Assembly (NCBI GenBank): GCA_039942135.1
Contig: JBDVDE010000015.1
Location: 16,779 to 80,778, forward strand
From: Hyphomonadaceae bacterium
Lineage (GTDB): Bacteria; Pseudomonadota; Alphaproteobacteria; Caulobacterales; Hyphomonadaceae
Direction: 5' to 3'
Length of the DNA stretch: 64,000 nucleotides
Shown: in pieces, positions 28,710 to 37,887 of the stretch
Layout: each line of letters opens with the position of its first letter
Position numbering within the stretch: position 1 is the stretch's first letter
Position numbers and translations under genes: made by a program
The notes under the pieces: model-generated
What the model saw: the letters and a program-made list of their open reading frames with translations, nothing else
Databases searched by the model: none
Told to the model about the DNA's origin: nothing

Positions 28710-29690
28710 CTATATTTTAAACGCAATCATTTTGCGCATGATGAGGTTGCCAATCATCATCCATCCAGCGAAACCGGCTAGCCAGTATTGGACAACCGGT
28801 TTGTCAATTATCTCCCCGTAAAAGTTGGGATTAAGCAAGTGCACCGCTCCTGCGACAACAAATGGTGCAGCAGATAAGATCAATGCGGACATACGTCCTT
28901 CAGCCGATGCGGCTTTGACGCGCAACCTAAGCATTTGTCTATCACGGATCGCATCACCATTGAGCTTTAAAAGTTCGGAAAGATTACCGCCGGTCTTCGC
29001 CTGCAAGCGGATCGTCGCGGCAAACAAATCGACATCCTCATTGAACGAGCGTTGTGATAATCGCCTTACCGCATCTTTCATTGATGAGCCGAAAGACATC
29101 TCGTCTGCTACCATCCCAAATTCGCTGCCAACAGGGTCCGGCATCTCTTGCCCAACCAACGCAATAGCCGTCGGAACCGGATGACCCGCCTCCAGAGATC
29201 TTACAATGACGGCGAGGCTATCGGGCAATTGCTGTCCGAGCTTATTGCTCCGTTCAGTTCCAGCTTTTGACAGAACCAAAACGGGTATTGCGAAAAACAA
29301 AACAATCGAAGCAATCGCCGCATACCCCAAATTACCGGCGAAGTGGTAAATCACGAACCCAAGAGAAATCGCAACGACGGCAGACAGCATGGCCCATTTC
29401 CCAGGTTCAAATCGGATACCCGAACGGGTGACCAACCGATTGAACCACCTTGATGACCAAGCCAGTTCTCCATCATCGCCGAGCGCTCTTTGCTGACGCA
29501 ACTCGCTCAACAATTCCTGTACAGAGCCAGCGCGTTCGCGTGCTTTTAGACGGGAGTTGAGCTGCTTATTCATCTTGGCATTGCCAAACACGCCAAAAGC
29601 AGTCTGGACAAGCAAGAACCCCACAGCAAAGAACAGGAGGTAGGCCACAACAGGCCCTTCAAACACAGTGTCGAAAGCACCGTCAAACAT
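28710..29690 (-). CDS. tadB: Tad/Flp pilus assembly inner-membrane protein TadB (T2SS F-family)
   Basis: 326 aa with a GspF-like domain (LPDSLAVIVRSLEAGHPVPTAI). It lies directly downstream of cpaF. Confidence 0.85.
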   Translation of the reverse strand: MFDGAFDTVFEGPVVAYLLFFAVGFLLVQTAFGVFGNAKMNKQLNSRLKARERAGSVQELLSELRQQRALGDDGELAWSSRWFNRLVTRSGIRFEPGKWAMLSAVVAISLGFVIYHFAGNLGYAAIASIVLFFAIPVLVLSKAGTERSNKLGQQLPDSLAVIVRSLEAGHPVPTAIALVGQEMPDPVGSEFGMVADEMSFGSSMKDAVRRLSQRSFNEDVDLFAATIRLQAKTGGNLSELLKLNGDAIRDRQMLRLRVKAASAEGRMSALILSAAPFVVAGAVHLLNPNFYGEIIDKPVVQYWLAGFAGWMMIGNLIMRKMIAFKI

Positions 29691-29692
29691 GA

Positions 29693-31084
29693 TTAGAACT
29701 CGCGTTGCGGATCAAAGAGATCGCTTGAAATAGTCACACCGCGGCGGTTCATCTCTTCGAGGAACTGGGGCCGGATTCCAGTTGCTACAAATTTTCCGTG
29801 TACTTTTCCGTTTTCGTCCGTATGACTACGCGCGAATTTGAAAATCTCCTGCATCTGCACAACATTGCCTTCCATGCCGGTAATCTCCGCCACACTCACA
29901 ACGCGGCGTGATCCGTCAGACAAACGTGCCGCCTGAACAACAAGATTCACAGCCGAAGCTATTTGCCCACGTATCGCATCTGCCGATATTCGTAGACCGC
30001 CCATAAGAACCATTTGTTCCAATCGGGTAATTGCATCGCGCGGGTTGTTCGCGTGGATCGTGGCCATTGATCCTTCATGACCGGTATTCATAGCTTGCAA
30101 CATATCAAACGCTTCTTCGCCACGAACCTCGCCCAGAAAGACCCGATCAGGGCGCATCCGCAGCGCGTTTTTCACGAGTTCGCGTTGGCGGATTTCGCCT
30201 TTGCCTTCGAGGTTCGGGGGACGTGTTTCCATCCGAGCGACATGGGGCTGCTGCAATTGCAGCTCGGCTGCGTCTTCAATCGTGATGATCCGCTCTTTGT
30301 GGCTAATTGCCGAAGAGAGCGCATTCAAGAGTGTTGTCTTACCCGAACCGGTACCGCCCGAGATAACCGTAGACGCCCGGCACTTTACTGCCCCGACAAC
30401 GAACTCAAGCATTGGAGCGGGCAGCGCGCCAAATTCAGCAAGCTTTTCCAATGTTAGCGGGCTCTTTGAGAACTTACGGATAGAGACGAGTGGTCCGTCA
30501 ACGCCAATCGGACTGATTGCAGCATTGACCCGCGATCCATCGAGCAAACGTGCATCAACAAGAGGTTGCCCTTCATCGACCCGCCGACCAACCGCTGACA
30601 CGATCCTGTTCAAAATCCGTAGCAGATGGTCGTTGTCCGAAAAACGAACAGAAGAGAGCTCGAGTTCCCCCTTACGCTCGATATATACTTGGTGGCAGCC
30701 ATTAATGAGAATGTCAGATACTTCGTCATCGGCCAGCAGGGGTTCGATTGGCCCGAGTCCCGTCATCTCATCGAACACCGCGTCGGCAAACTGCGCAATC
30801 TCATTGGACGACATCGCCAAGCCTTCTTCACGCACCATGTCCATAACAATGGTACGGACTTGCCGCTTGAGATCAACATCATCAAGCTTCTCCAGTGAAG
30901 AAAGATCAAGCTCGTCAATTAGCCGGTTGTGGACGCGGATTTTGGCGTCAAGCAGGCCCATAGTCCGCTTTGCATCAATGCCACTCTGCCGACCGGATTC
31001 TTCCTGTTCTTGCTCTGCTTCAGTATTTGAAAGACTTGTTTCTGCAATCGCCGTATTCGAAGTAAACCGTCCCATTAGCGCCAC
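29693..31084 (-). CDS. cpaF: CpaF/TadA family secretion ATPase
   Basis: 463 aa with Walker A (GGTGSGKTT), an Asp box/Walker B (ERIITIEDAAEL) and a His box (GHEGSMATIHAN). Confidence 0.93.
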   Translation of the reverse strand: MALMGRFTSNTAIAETSLSNTEAEQEQEESGRQSGIDAKRTMGLLDAKIRVHNRLIDELDLSSLEKLDDVDLKRQVRTIVMDMVREEGLAMSSNEIAQFADAVFDEMTGLGPIEPLLADDEVSDILINGCHQVYIERKGELELSSVRFSDNDHLLRILNRIVSAVGRRVDEGQPLVDARLLDGSRVNAAISPIGVDGPLVSIRKFSKSPLTLEKLAEFGALPAPMLEFVVGAVKCRASTVISGGTGSGKTTLLNALSSAISHKERIITIEDAAELQLQQPHVARMETRPPNLEGKGEIRQRELVKNALRMRPDRVFLGEVRGEEAFDMLQAMNTGHEGSMATIHANNPRDAITRLEQMVLMGGLRISADAIRGQIASAVNLVVQAARLSDGSRRVVSVAEITGMEGNVVQMQEIFKFARSHTDENGKVHGKFVATGIRPQFLEEMNRRGVTISSDLFDPQREF

Positions 31085-32235
31085 ATCCGTTTCTTGCCTG
31101 TTTCTGTTAGTGCAGGATCAAGCTTTTTCAAGACGGTTGCGATGTCTTTCACAAGCGCGCTTTTCGGTTTCACACGGGCAATGGGTAGACCTAGATTTAC
31201 AGCCGCCCGCGCCGATTTCCAGTCCGAGCGGACAACGGCTTCAATGTCTCGGCTAATCGCTTTGCTGGCACGTGAAACAGAAAACTCCAGCTTTCCGTCG
31301 GACATGCGATTCAAGACCAATCTTGCCGGTGTCGCATCTACGCGCAATTCATCTACTTCACGCGCCATATCAGCGGCGGCATGAAGGCTAGGCACAGTAA
31401 ATTCACTTACGACGAGAACCTCATCGACCCCAGCCAACAAAGGTTTTGACCAACTCCGGCGCTCACGCGGCATGTCGACAATAACATGGGTAAACCCTGC
31501 ACAAACCGTATCGAGAAGTCGTAACACCATGTCTGGATTTACAATGTCATGCACATCTGGATTACGCGGCGCACAAATTACGGTAACACCGGTTTCATGC
31601 AAGGATGAGTAGGCATCGAGCATGGTAGCATCCAATCGGTCGCGCGCTTCTGCGACGCCAAACAGGTCCAACTTTGTCGGGGTATCCAGATAGGCGGAGA
31701 TCATGCCGTCAGCCAAGTTCATATCAACTAGGCAAACTTTGTTTTCCGGATCACGCATCGCTGTCGCACACGCCATCTCTATGGCAATCGTCGTTGCGCC
31801 AGCTCCACCGACGGCACCGGAAACAACCCAACACTGATTCCTCCGCGTCGGTCCTTCTGGCGCCATATCCATCAAGCGTCCCGTCGCTCTAACAACCAAT
31901 TCGGATTCCGCTTTAGAGCCGACCAAGTCCGACGCTTTCAGTCCAAGCATGGACTTCACTGCTTGGGACGGCAGCGCATCACCGATCACCAAGACTTTCG
32001 TCATTGGTGCCAGACGTGCCACACCATCAAGTAATGTAATGGCACCACCAGCTTCTAGATCGATAATCAGAACATTTGCCCCGGTCTGACCGATAGCCTC
32101 TTCGGAAGTCAGGTCCGAAACGTCTGTGACATCGGAAAATATCGCTTTGAACCGAGCAAGCTGTTCAGGTACCGCATAGACAGCGGGGCAAAGTTTCGAT
32201 GCCATTGTCGGTATGTTTTTTTCCAGTGCGGTCAT
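31075..32235 (-). CDS. cpaE: CpaE/TadZ-like pilus localisation ATPase (ParA/MinD fold with N-terminal receiver-like domain)
   Basis: 386 aa with a deviant Walker A region (SGAVGGAGATTIAIEMA). It overlaps the cpaF start by 10 nt. Confidence 0.8.
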   Translation of the reverse strand: MTALEKNIPTMASKLCPAVYAVPEQLARFKAIFSDVTDVSDLTSEEAIGQTGANVLIIDLEAGGAITLLDGVARLAPMTKVLVIGDALPSQAVKSMLGLKASDLVGSKAESELVVRATGRLMDMAPEGPTRRNQCWVVSGAVGGAGATTIAIEMACATAMRDPENKVCLVDMNLADGMISAYLDTPTKLDLFGVAEARDRLDATMLDAYSSLHETGVTVICAPRNPDVHDIVNPDMVLRLLDTVCAGFTHVIVDMPRERRSWSKPLLAGVDEVLVVSEFTVPSLHAAADMAREVDELRVDATPARLVLNRMSDGKLEFSVSRASKAISRDIEAVVRSDWKSARAAVNLGLPIARVKPKSALVKDIATVLKKLDPALTETGKKRMWR

Positions 32236-32269
32236 TGCAAAATCCCGATAATATTAAACCTGTATCTAC

Positions 32270-32569
32270 CTATTCGCTAGCGGTACTACCTATACCGCTT
32301 GCTGAAGCATCGCTCAGTTCCGCTCGCTCACCAGCGTTAAGTCGCGCAATTGCCGCAGCAGCGCGCTCGCCAGACTGGCCGGTCAAGCCTCTCTTGTTCG
32401 GCACATCAGTTGCTCGAATGGACTGCAATGCGATGTTCTGATCGGTAGCGCTTCCAAGAATAAATTGCTTTTGCAGATCATGATCATAGGCCGGTCCCGG
32501 TTGGCTCGCGCATGCACAAACTCCAATACTAACCAAGGCGGCTCCAAAGGATTTAACAAGTATCTTCAT
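32270..32569 (-). CDS. Small putative lipoprotein of the Tad locus (in the CpaD/RcpB position, possibly DUF3613-like)
   Basis: 99 aa with a signal peptide ending in Cys-rich ...SIGVCACAS. It lies between the secretin gene and cpaE. The family assignment is uncertain. Confidence 0.45.
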   Translation of the reverse strand: MKILVKSFGAALVSIGVCACASQPGPAYDHDLQKQFILGSATDQNIALQSIRATDVPNKRGLTGQSGERAAAAIARLNAGERAELSDASASGIGSTASE

Positions 32570-32580
32570 GACGGGTGCTC

Positions 32581-33918
32581 CTATTGGGTCGTTACTTGGG
32601 CTTGGGATGTTTCATGAACTGAAACGGTTTGGTCGAGCAGGAAGAATGCACTTTCAGATGGCTCATCGAACGCATCCAATGGTGTCGCTAAACTGTCGGC
32701 TGACGGTGCAGGCTGAACAAGTCTCGGCGTGATGATAATAACTAGCTCTGTTTCGCTTCGTGCAAACCGTTTGGAGCTGAACAAGCTTCCAAGGACCGGA
32801 ACACTCGACAGCCATGGCGTTTGGCGAACATCGCTCGTATAGCTATTTTGCAGAAGTCCTGCGATTGCAAAGGCTTGCCCATCACGAAGTTCGACTGTCG
32901 TGTCAGCGCGGCGAACACTCAGCCCGGGGACAGCGACGCCGCCCAATTGAACCGAGTTCAGTGTATCCAAAGATGACACTTCCGGCCGGACCCGTAGATT
33001 GATCATATCTTCGCCTAACACCGTGGGAGAAAATGCGAGTGATACGCCAAACTCTCGAAACTCAATCGTTACGACGTCATTGGCTTGACCAACTGGAACA
33101 GGAAACTCTCCACCGGCCAGAAAGCTCGCCGTATCACCCGAAAGCGCCACAAGATTTGGTCGAGCCAGAGTCCGCAGCACGCCTTTTTCTTCCAACGCAT
33201 TTAGAGCCACATCAACATTCACTGGCCCAAATGCTTGTGAGCCAATTGCCGCGGCTTGTGCAAGCACACCGGATATCAGATCGCCATTTGACAAGAATGA
33301 AAAATCACCTGCTTGCGACGCTTGGGTTCCGATGCCGAACTCCCGCACAACATCACGTGATGCTTCGACAAAGCGTACTTCGAGCAGAACCTGTTGAGCC
33401 TGACTGACAGCGAGACCATTGGCAACGCCGCCTGGCACATGTCGTTCAGCCAGCTGAACTGCGGTTGCTGCCGCACCGGCTGTCGAGATGTCGCCGCCGA
33501 TGAAGATGCCATCATAAACCGGCAATACCTGCACATCTTCTCCTGGTAAAAGTGTGTTCAAATCCCGCCGCAACGCATCAAGTCCGAGAGCAACATTCAC
33601 TTGGATGAGGTCGATAACACTACCGGCCTCGTCATAGATCAGCACAGTCGTCCAACCGGGCGCCTTACCTCGGACAAAGAAGGAACGGTTACTCGTTGCC
33701 GTTACGCTCGCGATCTCCGGATCGGCGACTGCCAAGGTTGCGAACGGTCTTTCAATCTCGACAACCGCCGAGCGGCCACGGTCAACATTGAGAACCGGAG
33801 CATCTTCGTCAGCGGCAAGCTGGGTCCAAGCAAAAGCGGGGGCCTCTAGGGTTGGCAACGTCATGCCGGATAGAGCCAAACCAAGAACAACAAAAAGCGC
33901 GCGTGATATCGAGGTCAT
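32581..33918 (-). CDS. cpaC: CpaC/RcpA secretin (type II/III secretion system secretin family)
   Basis: 445 aa with a signal peptide, a BON-like N-terminal region and a C-terminal secretin domain (GGEFPVP...SVPVLGSLFSSKRF...ELVIIITPRLV). Confidence 0.88.
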   Translation of the reverse strand: MTSISRALFVVLGLALSGMTLPTLEAPAFAWTQLAADEDAPVLNVDRGRSAVVEIERPFATLAVADPEIASVTATSNRSFFVRGKAPGWTTVLIYDEAGSVIDLIQVNVALGLDALRRDLNTLLPGEDVQVLPVYDGIFIGGDISTAGAAATAVQLAERHVPGGVANGLAVSQAQQVLLEVRFVEASRDVVREFGIGTQASQAGDFSFLSNGDLISGVLAQAAAIGSQAFGPVNVDVALNALEEKGVLRTLARPNLVALSGDTASFLAGGEFPVPVGQANDVVTIEFREFGVSLAFSPTVLGEDMINLRVRPEVSSLDTLNSVQLGGVAVPGLSVRRADTTVELRDGQAFAIAGLLQNSYTSDVRQTPWLSSVPVLGSLFSSKRFARSETELVIIITPRLVQPAPSADSLATPLDAFDEPSESAFFLLDQTVSVHETSQAQVTTQ

Positions 33919-33920
33919 CT

Positions 33921-34790
33921 CTAGTTTCCTGCTTGCGGGTGAGACTGAGAAACCGGAGCAGACACTGTCTCCTCGGCCTCTCCGGCAATAACGCGGATAC
34001 TGGCAAATTCAGGCTTGATCGGAGCAACAGTACGGTGCGGAGCTGGTATTGCGCGTCTCCGAACTGTCTGAGTCGGCGGTGTGTCATCATCAACACGACG
34101 CAATGCAAGACCAATCGCTCCGGATTGAATGGCGACGCCAAGCTTGTTGGCTTCACCAGAGGTCACTTGCAAAGTTACTGTCCGGGCCAATCTCGCTCCG
34201 TCCAATCCCTCAGCATAGCTTTGGTCGACTGCAAGCACCCGAACATTGCTAAGCAATAACTCGCCACGTTGCACCCGTTCACCGTTGGAGTTGAAGCTCT
34301 CCTTGAAGCTGTTTACATCAACCCGATGGTCGGGAAGAATAAATCCGGCAACGCCGCTCGCATCATCCACTTCCACCGAAACAGCACGAAAGCCCGGATC
34401 GATCAGGTGGGCGAGTGAATCACGAACAGTCTGGGAGCTCAGTTTTTCCAAGAGTACAGGCTCGCCAGGAACGATAACACCGAGCGAAAAAGGCATGCTG
34501 CCATCTGGATTGATGACATCAGAAATGTCGGTAATAGCCCCGCGCGGAATATGGTCAGAAGGCCATTCAGTAAGGCTTAGGCTTTCGATCGAGATCACAT
34601 CACCGCGTGCAATGCTCGCATTAGCGACGTAAATATCGGTCAGTTGAACCTCGGGGGCAGTCTCTGTCACCACTGTCGTAACAGGCCGAGCCGCCTCGGC
34701 TTCGCTGTTAAGCCAGCCGCGGCCGAACACAACGGCTGCAATCCCTACAAGGATAGACAAGACTAAAGTAACAACTGGCCCGGCACTCAT
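33921..34790 (-). CDS. cpaB: Flp pilus assembly protein CpaB/RcpC
   Basis: 289 aa with an N-terminal TM helix and a SAF-like domain (ASIARGDVISIESL). It lies immediately upstream of the secretin gene. Confidence 0.85.
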   Translation of the reverse strand: MSAGPVVTLVLSILVGIAAVVFGRGWLNSEAEAARPVTTVVTETAPEVQLTDIYVANASIARGDVISIESLSLTEWPSDHIPRGAITDISDVINPDGSMPFSLGVIVPGEPVLLEKLSSQTVRDSLAHLIDPGFRAVSVEVDDASGVAGFILPDHRVDVNSFKESFNSNGERVQRGELLLSNVRVLAVDQSYAEGLDGARLARTVTLQVTSGEANKLGVAIQSGAIGLALRRVDDDTPPTQTVRRRAIPAPHRTVAPIKPEFASIRVIAGEAEETVSAPVSQSHPQAGN

Positions 34791-34940
34791 AGATCACCCC
34801 TGAATAATCCGCATTGATTGCGGCAATCTCCAAAAATGCTTCTAATTGACAGGCAATAAGGTCTGCTAAACCTTCAATCCAAAAATGGATGTGCTTTGGT
34901 TAGATTCTCTTAGGGAATACAAACAGCTGTATCGGCCGAA

Positions 34941-35921
34941 CTAAAAGGCAATCAGGGTTCCGAGCCGCTCGAATGTCCAAAAAACACCTGCAATACCGAC
35001 CGTATAAGCGGTTGTCCGCTTGATCGTCTCAAGTTTCGTTATTGCCAATCGTCCGAGAAGCCAGACAAGCACGAGCAATCCGCAGATAAAGGCAAGTTGC
35101 CCGATCTCGACACCGACATTGAAGAAGAACAGGGCTGCGAGCTCCGCATTTTCCGGCAATCCGATCTCTCCCAATGCTCCGGCAAAACCAAATCCATGAA
35201 GCAAACCAAAACAGAAACTGATTAGCCATGGCCAACGGCTCGCAAAACTCTCACGTCCATCCATTGCATTCACGGCTTCTATTGCAATAAGCACAATGCT
35301 AATAGCGATGAGCGTTTCGACTGGAGCAGGTGAAAGCTCGACCCATCCGAGCATAGTCAAAGCCAGCGTCAAGGAGTGTGCCAGAGTGAAGGCGGTAACT
35401 ACGATAAATAGTTTTCGCAAACGAACGAGCACAAGCAACCCCGCAACGAATAGCAAATGATCGGGACCAGACAGAATATGTTCAAACCCGAGCCGAACAT
35501 ATGCTGGCGCAGCCGATGCCTCAGCCACGGATAAATCCAGCGTCGGGGCAGAAGGTTTGAGTACGGCTGTCCGGTTGCTGCCATCAATATAGGAAATTTT
35601 GACAAAGACGTCGGTGAGCGTTCGGTCCAAACCTGCTATTGTCAGATGGCCCGATTGCATATCACATCGAACCGACCAACGACTGACCACTGCACCTTCA
35701 AGTAAACCAATTTCCGGCTCGGTCGCACTCATACAGCCTGACGGTAGGACTGGGTCCACGACCAATCGGCGGCCATCCGTAATGGGCTGCTTCCAAGCGA
35801 CCTCGAATTGGTCTTCATTTGTCTCAACCAATTGAAGATAGGCGGGGCGGATCTCATGCGCTGAAGCTGTCACACCAATGCACAACCACAACAGAATCCA
35901 AATCGCGGTGCTCCGCACCAT
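34941..35921 (-). CDS. HupE/UreJ family membrane protein with an N-terminal periplasmic extension
   Basis: 326 aa. It has a signal peptide followed by HEIRPAYL and then a HupE-like TM core (GFEHILSGPDHLLFV..., FCFGLLHGFGFAGAL). Confidence 0.8.
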   Translation of the reverse strand: MVRSTAIWILLWLCIGVTASAHEIRPAYLQLVETNEDQFEVAWKQPITDGRRLVVDPVLPSGCMSATEPEIGLLEGAVVSRWSVRCDMQSGHLTIAGLDRTLTDVFVKISYIDGSNRTAVLKPSAPTLDLSVAEASAAPAYVRLGFEHILSGPDHLLFVAGLLVLVRLRKLFIVVTAFTLAHSLTLALTMLGWVELSPAPVETLIAISIVLIAIEAVNAMDGRESFASRWPWLISFCFGLLHGFGFAGALGEIGLPENAELAALFFFNVGVEIGQLAFICGLLVLVWLLGRLAITKLETIKRTTAYTVGIAGVFWTFERLGTLIAF

Positions 35922-36775
35922 TACCGCGCTCCATCATCGATTATGATACTATATCTTTGCATAATTTCATCTAGCGCGGCCGCCTCGCTTTCACGTTTGA
36001 GTCGCTCGGTTTCGCGTCGCGCGACTTCATTCGCAACATCTTCATAGGGCGGGGTACCGCCTTCAGTACGCGCCTCGATTCGAACCAGATGATCGGCAAG
36101 CCGCGATCTTATAGGGGGCGACCATTGGCCGACAGGCATAGCGAATATTGACGCCGCAAAGTCACGTCCAAACAAACGACCAAGTCCGTCCTCATCTATA
36201 TCATTATGCGACCTCGCCAGCATAAAGGGGTCCCCCAAACTTGCCGGGTCTGGCGGGGTCTCACTGCTCAATATCCGAGCAGCGTTATCGATCTCGTCTT
36301 GTCTGCTCGCACCGTCGGGCGCAAAATTGAAGGGTACATGAGTAACACTTATGCGCGTTGGCTCTCTATATTCCGCTGGATTTGCGTCATACCTTGCTCT
36401 CAAATCGCTTTCGCCAATCGAAAGCGCTAAAGTCTCATTCGATAGGAGAAAGCCCATCTTCTGTGCCAAACGTCGACGAATGATCGTATCGTCTTCGTCA
36501 AGCCCAAGCCGTTGCGCCTCGCGGTAAAGCACTTCTTCGCGAACATATTCCGCCAAAAGTCCGCGCACATCATCGGCATTTGGTTCGCGCCCCGCTTCGC
36601 CCGCCCAAATTGCAGACAGTCGTTGTAAAGCCTCTTGCGAAATAATTATGGTTCGCGCGGCACTTTCCTGTCTGGCTTGCCACAGTCCATGTACAGCGAA
36701 TATCAAAGCGCCAATCAATATAAAATGTATGAGAGGCTCTTTCAGGAGCGCTTTCGTTTTGGACATAGACTGCAC
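35921..36775 (-). CDS. Membrane-anchored parvulin/PpiC-like peptidyl-prolyl isomerase family protein
   Basis: 284 aa with an N-terminal anchor (LLKEPLIHFILIGALIFAVHG). The family is recalled from similar annotated proteins. It overlaps the HupE gene start by 1 nt. Confidence 0.55.
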   Translation of the reverse strand: MQSMSKTKALLKEPLIHFILIGALIFAVHGLWQARQESAARTIIISQEALQRLSAIWAGEAGREPNADDVRGLLAEYVREEVLYREAQRLGLDEDDTIIRRRLAQKMGFLLSNETLALSIGESDLRARYDANPAEYREPTRISVTHVPFNFAPDGASRQDEIDNAARILSSETPPDPASLGDPFMLARSHNDIDEDGLGRLFGRDFAASIFAMPVGQWSPPIRSRLADHLVRIEARTEGGTPPYEDVANEVARRETERLKRESEAAALDEIMQRYSIIIDDGAR

Positions 36776-36898
36776 GCCTTATTCATTGGAAAGGGTCGGT
36801 CTATACCGGATACCAAGCTTGTTCAATTCCTGCCAGTATCGAGCCGATATGAGCCTCACCCAATTTGCGTAGTCTGTGGTTCTGCCTCGCCCCGCGAG

Positions 36899-37885
36899 TT
36901 ATGTCGCAGAACATGCCCCTTGTTTGCCAACGCCGTCATAATAAAGCGCGGCCGCTCCAATCAGCGGAATGAAGTCTCCACGCATCAGACCTACTGGAAT
37001 TTTCGACATATAAGCACTACGAGGGCCACGATCCATAAAGCACTCCATTGCTTCATCTTGCTTCAACCATGGCAACAACCTTGTCGCTACGCCGCCCGCT
37101 AATGTCACGCCGCCGCGTGCCCCAATGGCTAACGCCATATCTCCAGCAAAGCTCATGACTGCGCGCGCGCGCAACATACAAATTCGTTCGCAAATTTCGT
37201 CGCCGCTATTTGCGGCTTTGACAACCTCATTGGCAGTCATCGGTATGTAGTCGTTTTTGTAAAGTTGGCACATGGCACGGTGGACAGGTTCCAGCCCCAT
37301 TCCCGATGTCACAAGTTCATAAGATACGAAGCCATGCTGCGAATGTAAGATCTCGCCAATCCCGACATCTTCTTTCGTTCGGGGGGAAAAGGCAGCGTGA
37401 CCACCCTCGCCGCCCAATACGCGCCATCCTCCTTGAGCGCCCGGCAACAGCGTTGCCATCCCTAAACCGGTGCCCGGACCTGCGATGAGAACAGGTGCGG
37501 AGCCGTCCTTTTCTCCCGCCTTAACCTCATCAAATCTATCGCCATCAAGCTCGGGAACAGCGCGGGCCATTGCGGCAAAATCATTCACCAAACTTACGGA
37601 CTTGAATCCAAACTCATCCTTGAGCACCCGCTCCGAAATAGACCAATCACGATTGGTAAGCTTGACGGTACCGTCTTTTATCGGCCCTGCAACCGCCAAC
37701 AAAATATGTGCAGGAACAGCAGTAATTGTTTTCAAGAACGCGCCCAACGCATCCGTAAAATTGTTGAATTTATCGTTCGGCAACTTCGCTGCATCGATTA
37801 TATCGATGGTCTCGCTATTAGGAGCAAGCAATCCAAAACGGGCACTCGTCCCGCCAATGTCTCCCAGTAGAACCCAATCACTCAC
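36899..37885 (-). CDS. glk: Glucokinase
   Basis: 328 aa with the N-terminal ATP-binding motif LLGDIGGTSARFGL and the internal LIAGPGTGLG motif. Confidence 0.9.
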   Translation of the reverse strand: MSDWVLLGDIGGTSARFGLLAPNSETIDIIDAAKLPNDKFNNFTDALGAFLKTITAVPAHILLAVAGPIKDGTVKLTNRDWSISERVLKDEFGFKSVSLVNDFAAMARAVPELDGDRFDEVKAGEKDGSAPVLIAGPGTGLGMATLLPGAQGGWRVLGGEGGHAAFSPRTKEDVGIGEILHSQHGFVSYELVTSGMGLEPVHRAMCQLYKNDYIPMTANEVVKAANSGDEICERICMLRARAVMSFAGDMALAIGARGGVTLAGGVATRLLPWLKQDEAMECFMDRGPRSAYMSKIPVGLMRGDFIPLIGAAALYYDGVGKQGACSAT

Positions 37886-37887
37886 GA

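Noticed and set aside
30201-31256. 351-aa plus-strand ORF opposite cpaF/cpaE
   Set aside because: It is antisense to a gene with Walker A/B and His-box motifs. The product is Ser/Arg/Pro-rich and has no motifs, so I read it as a shadow ORF.
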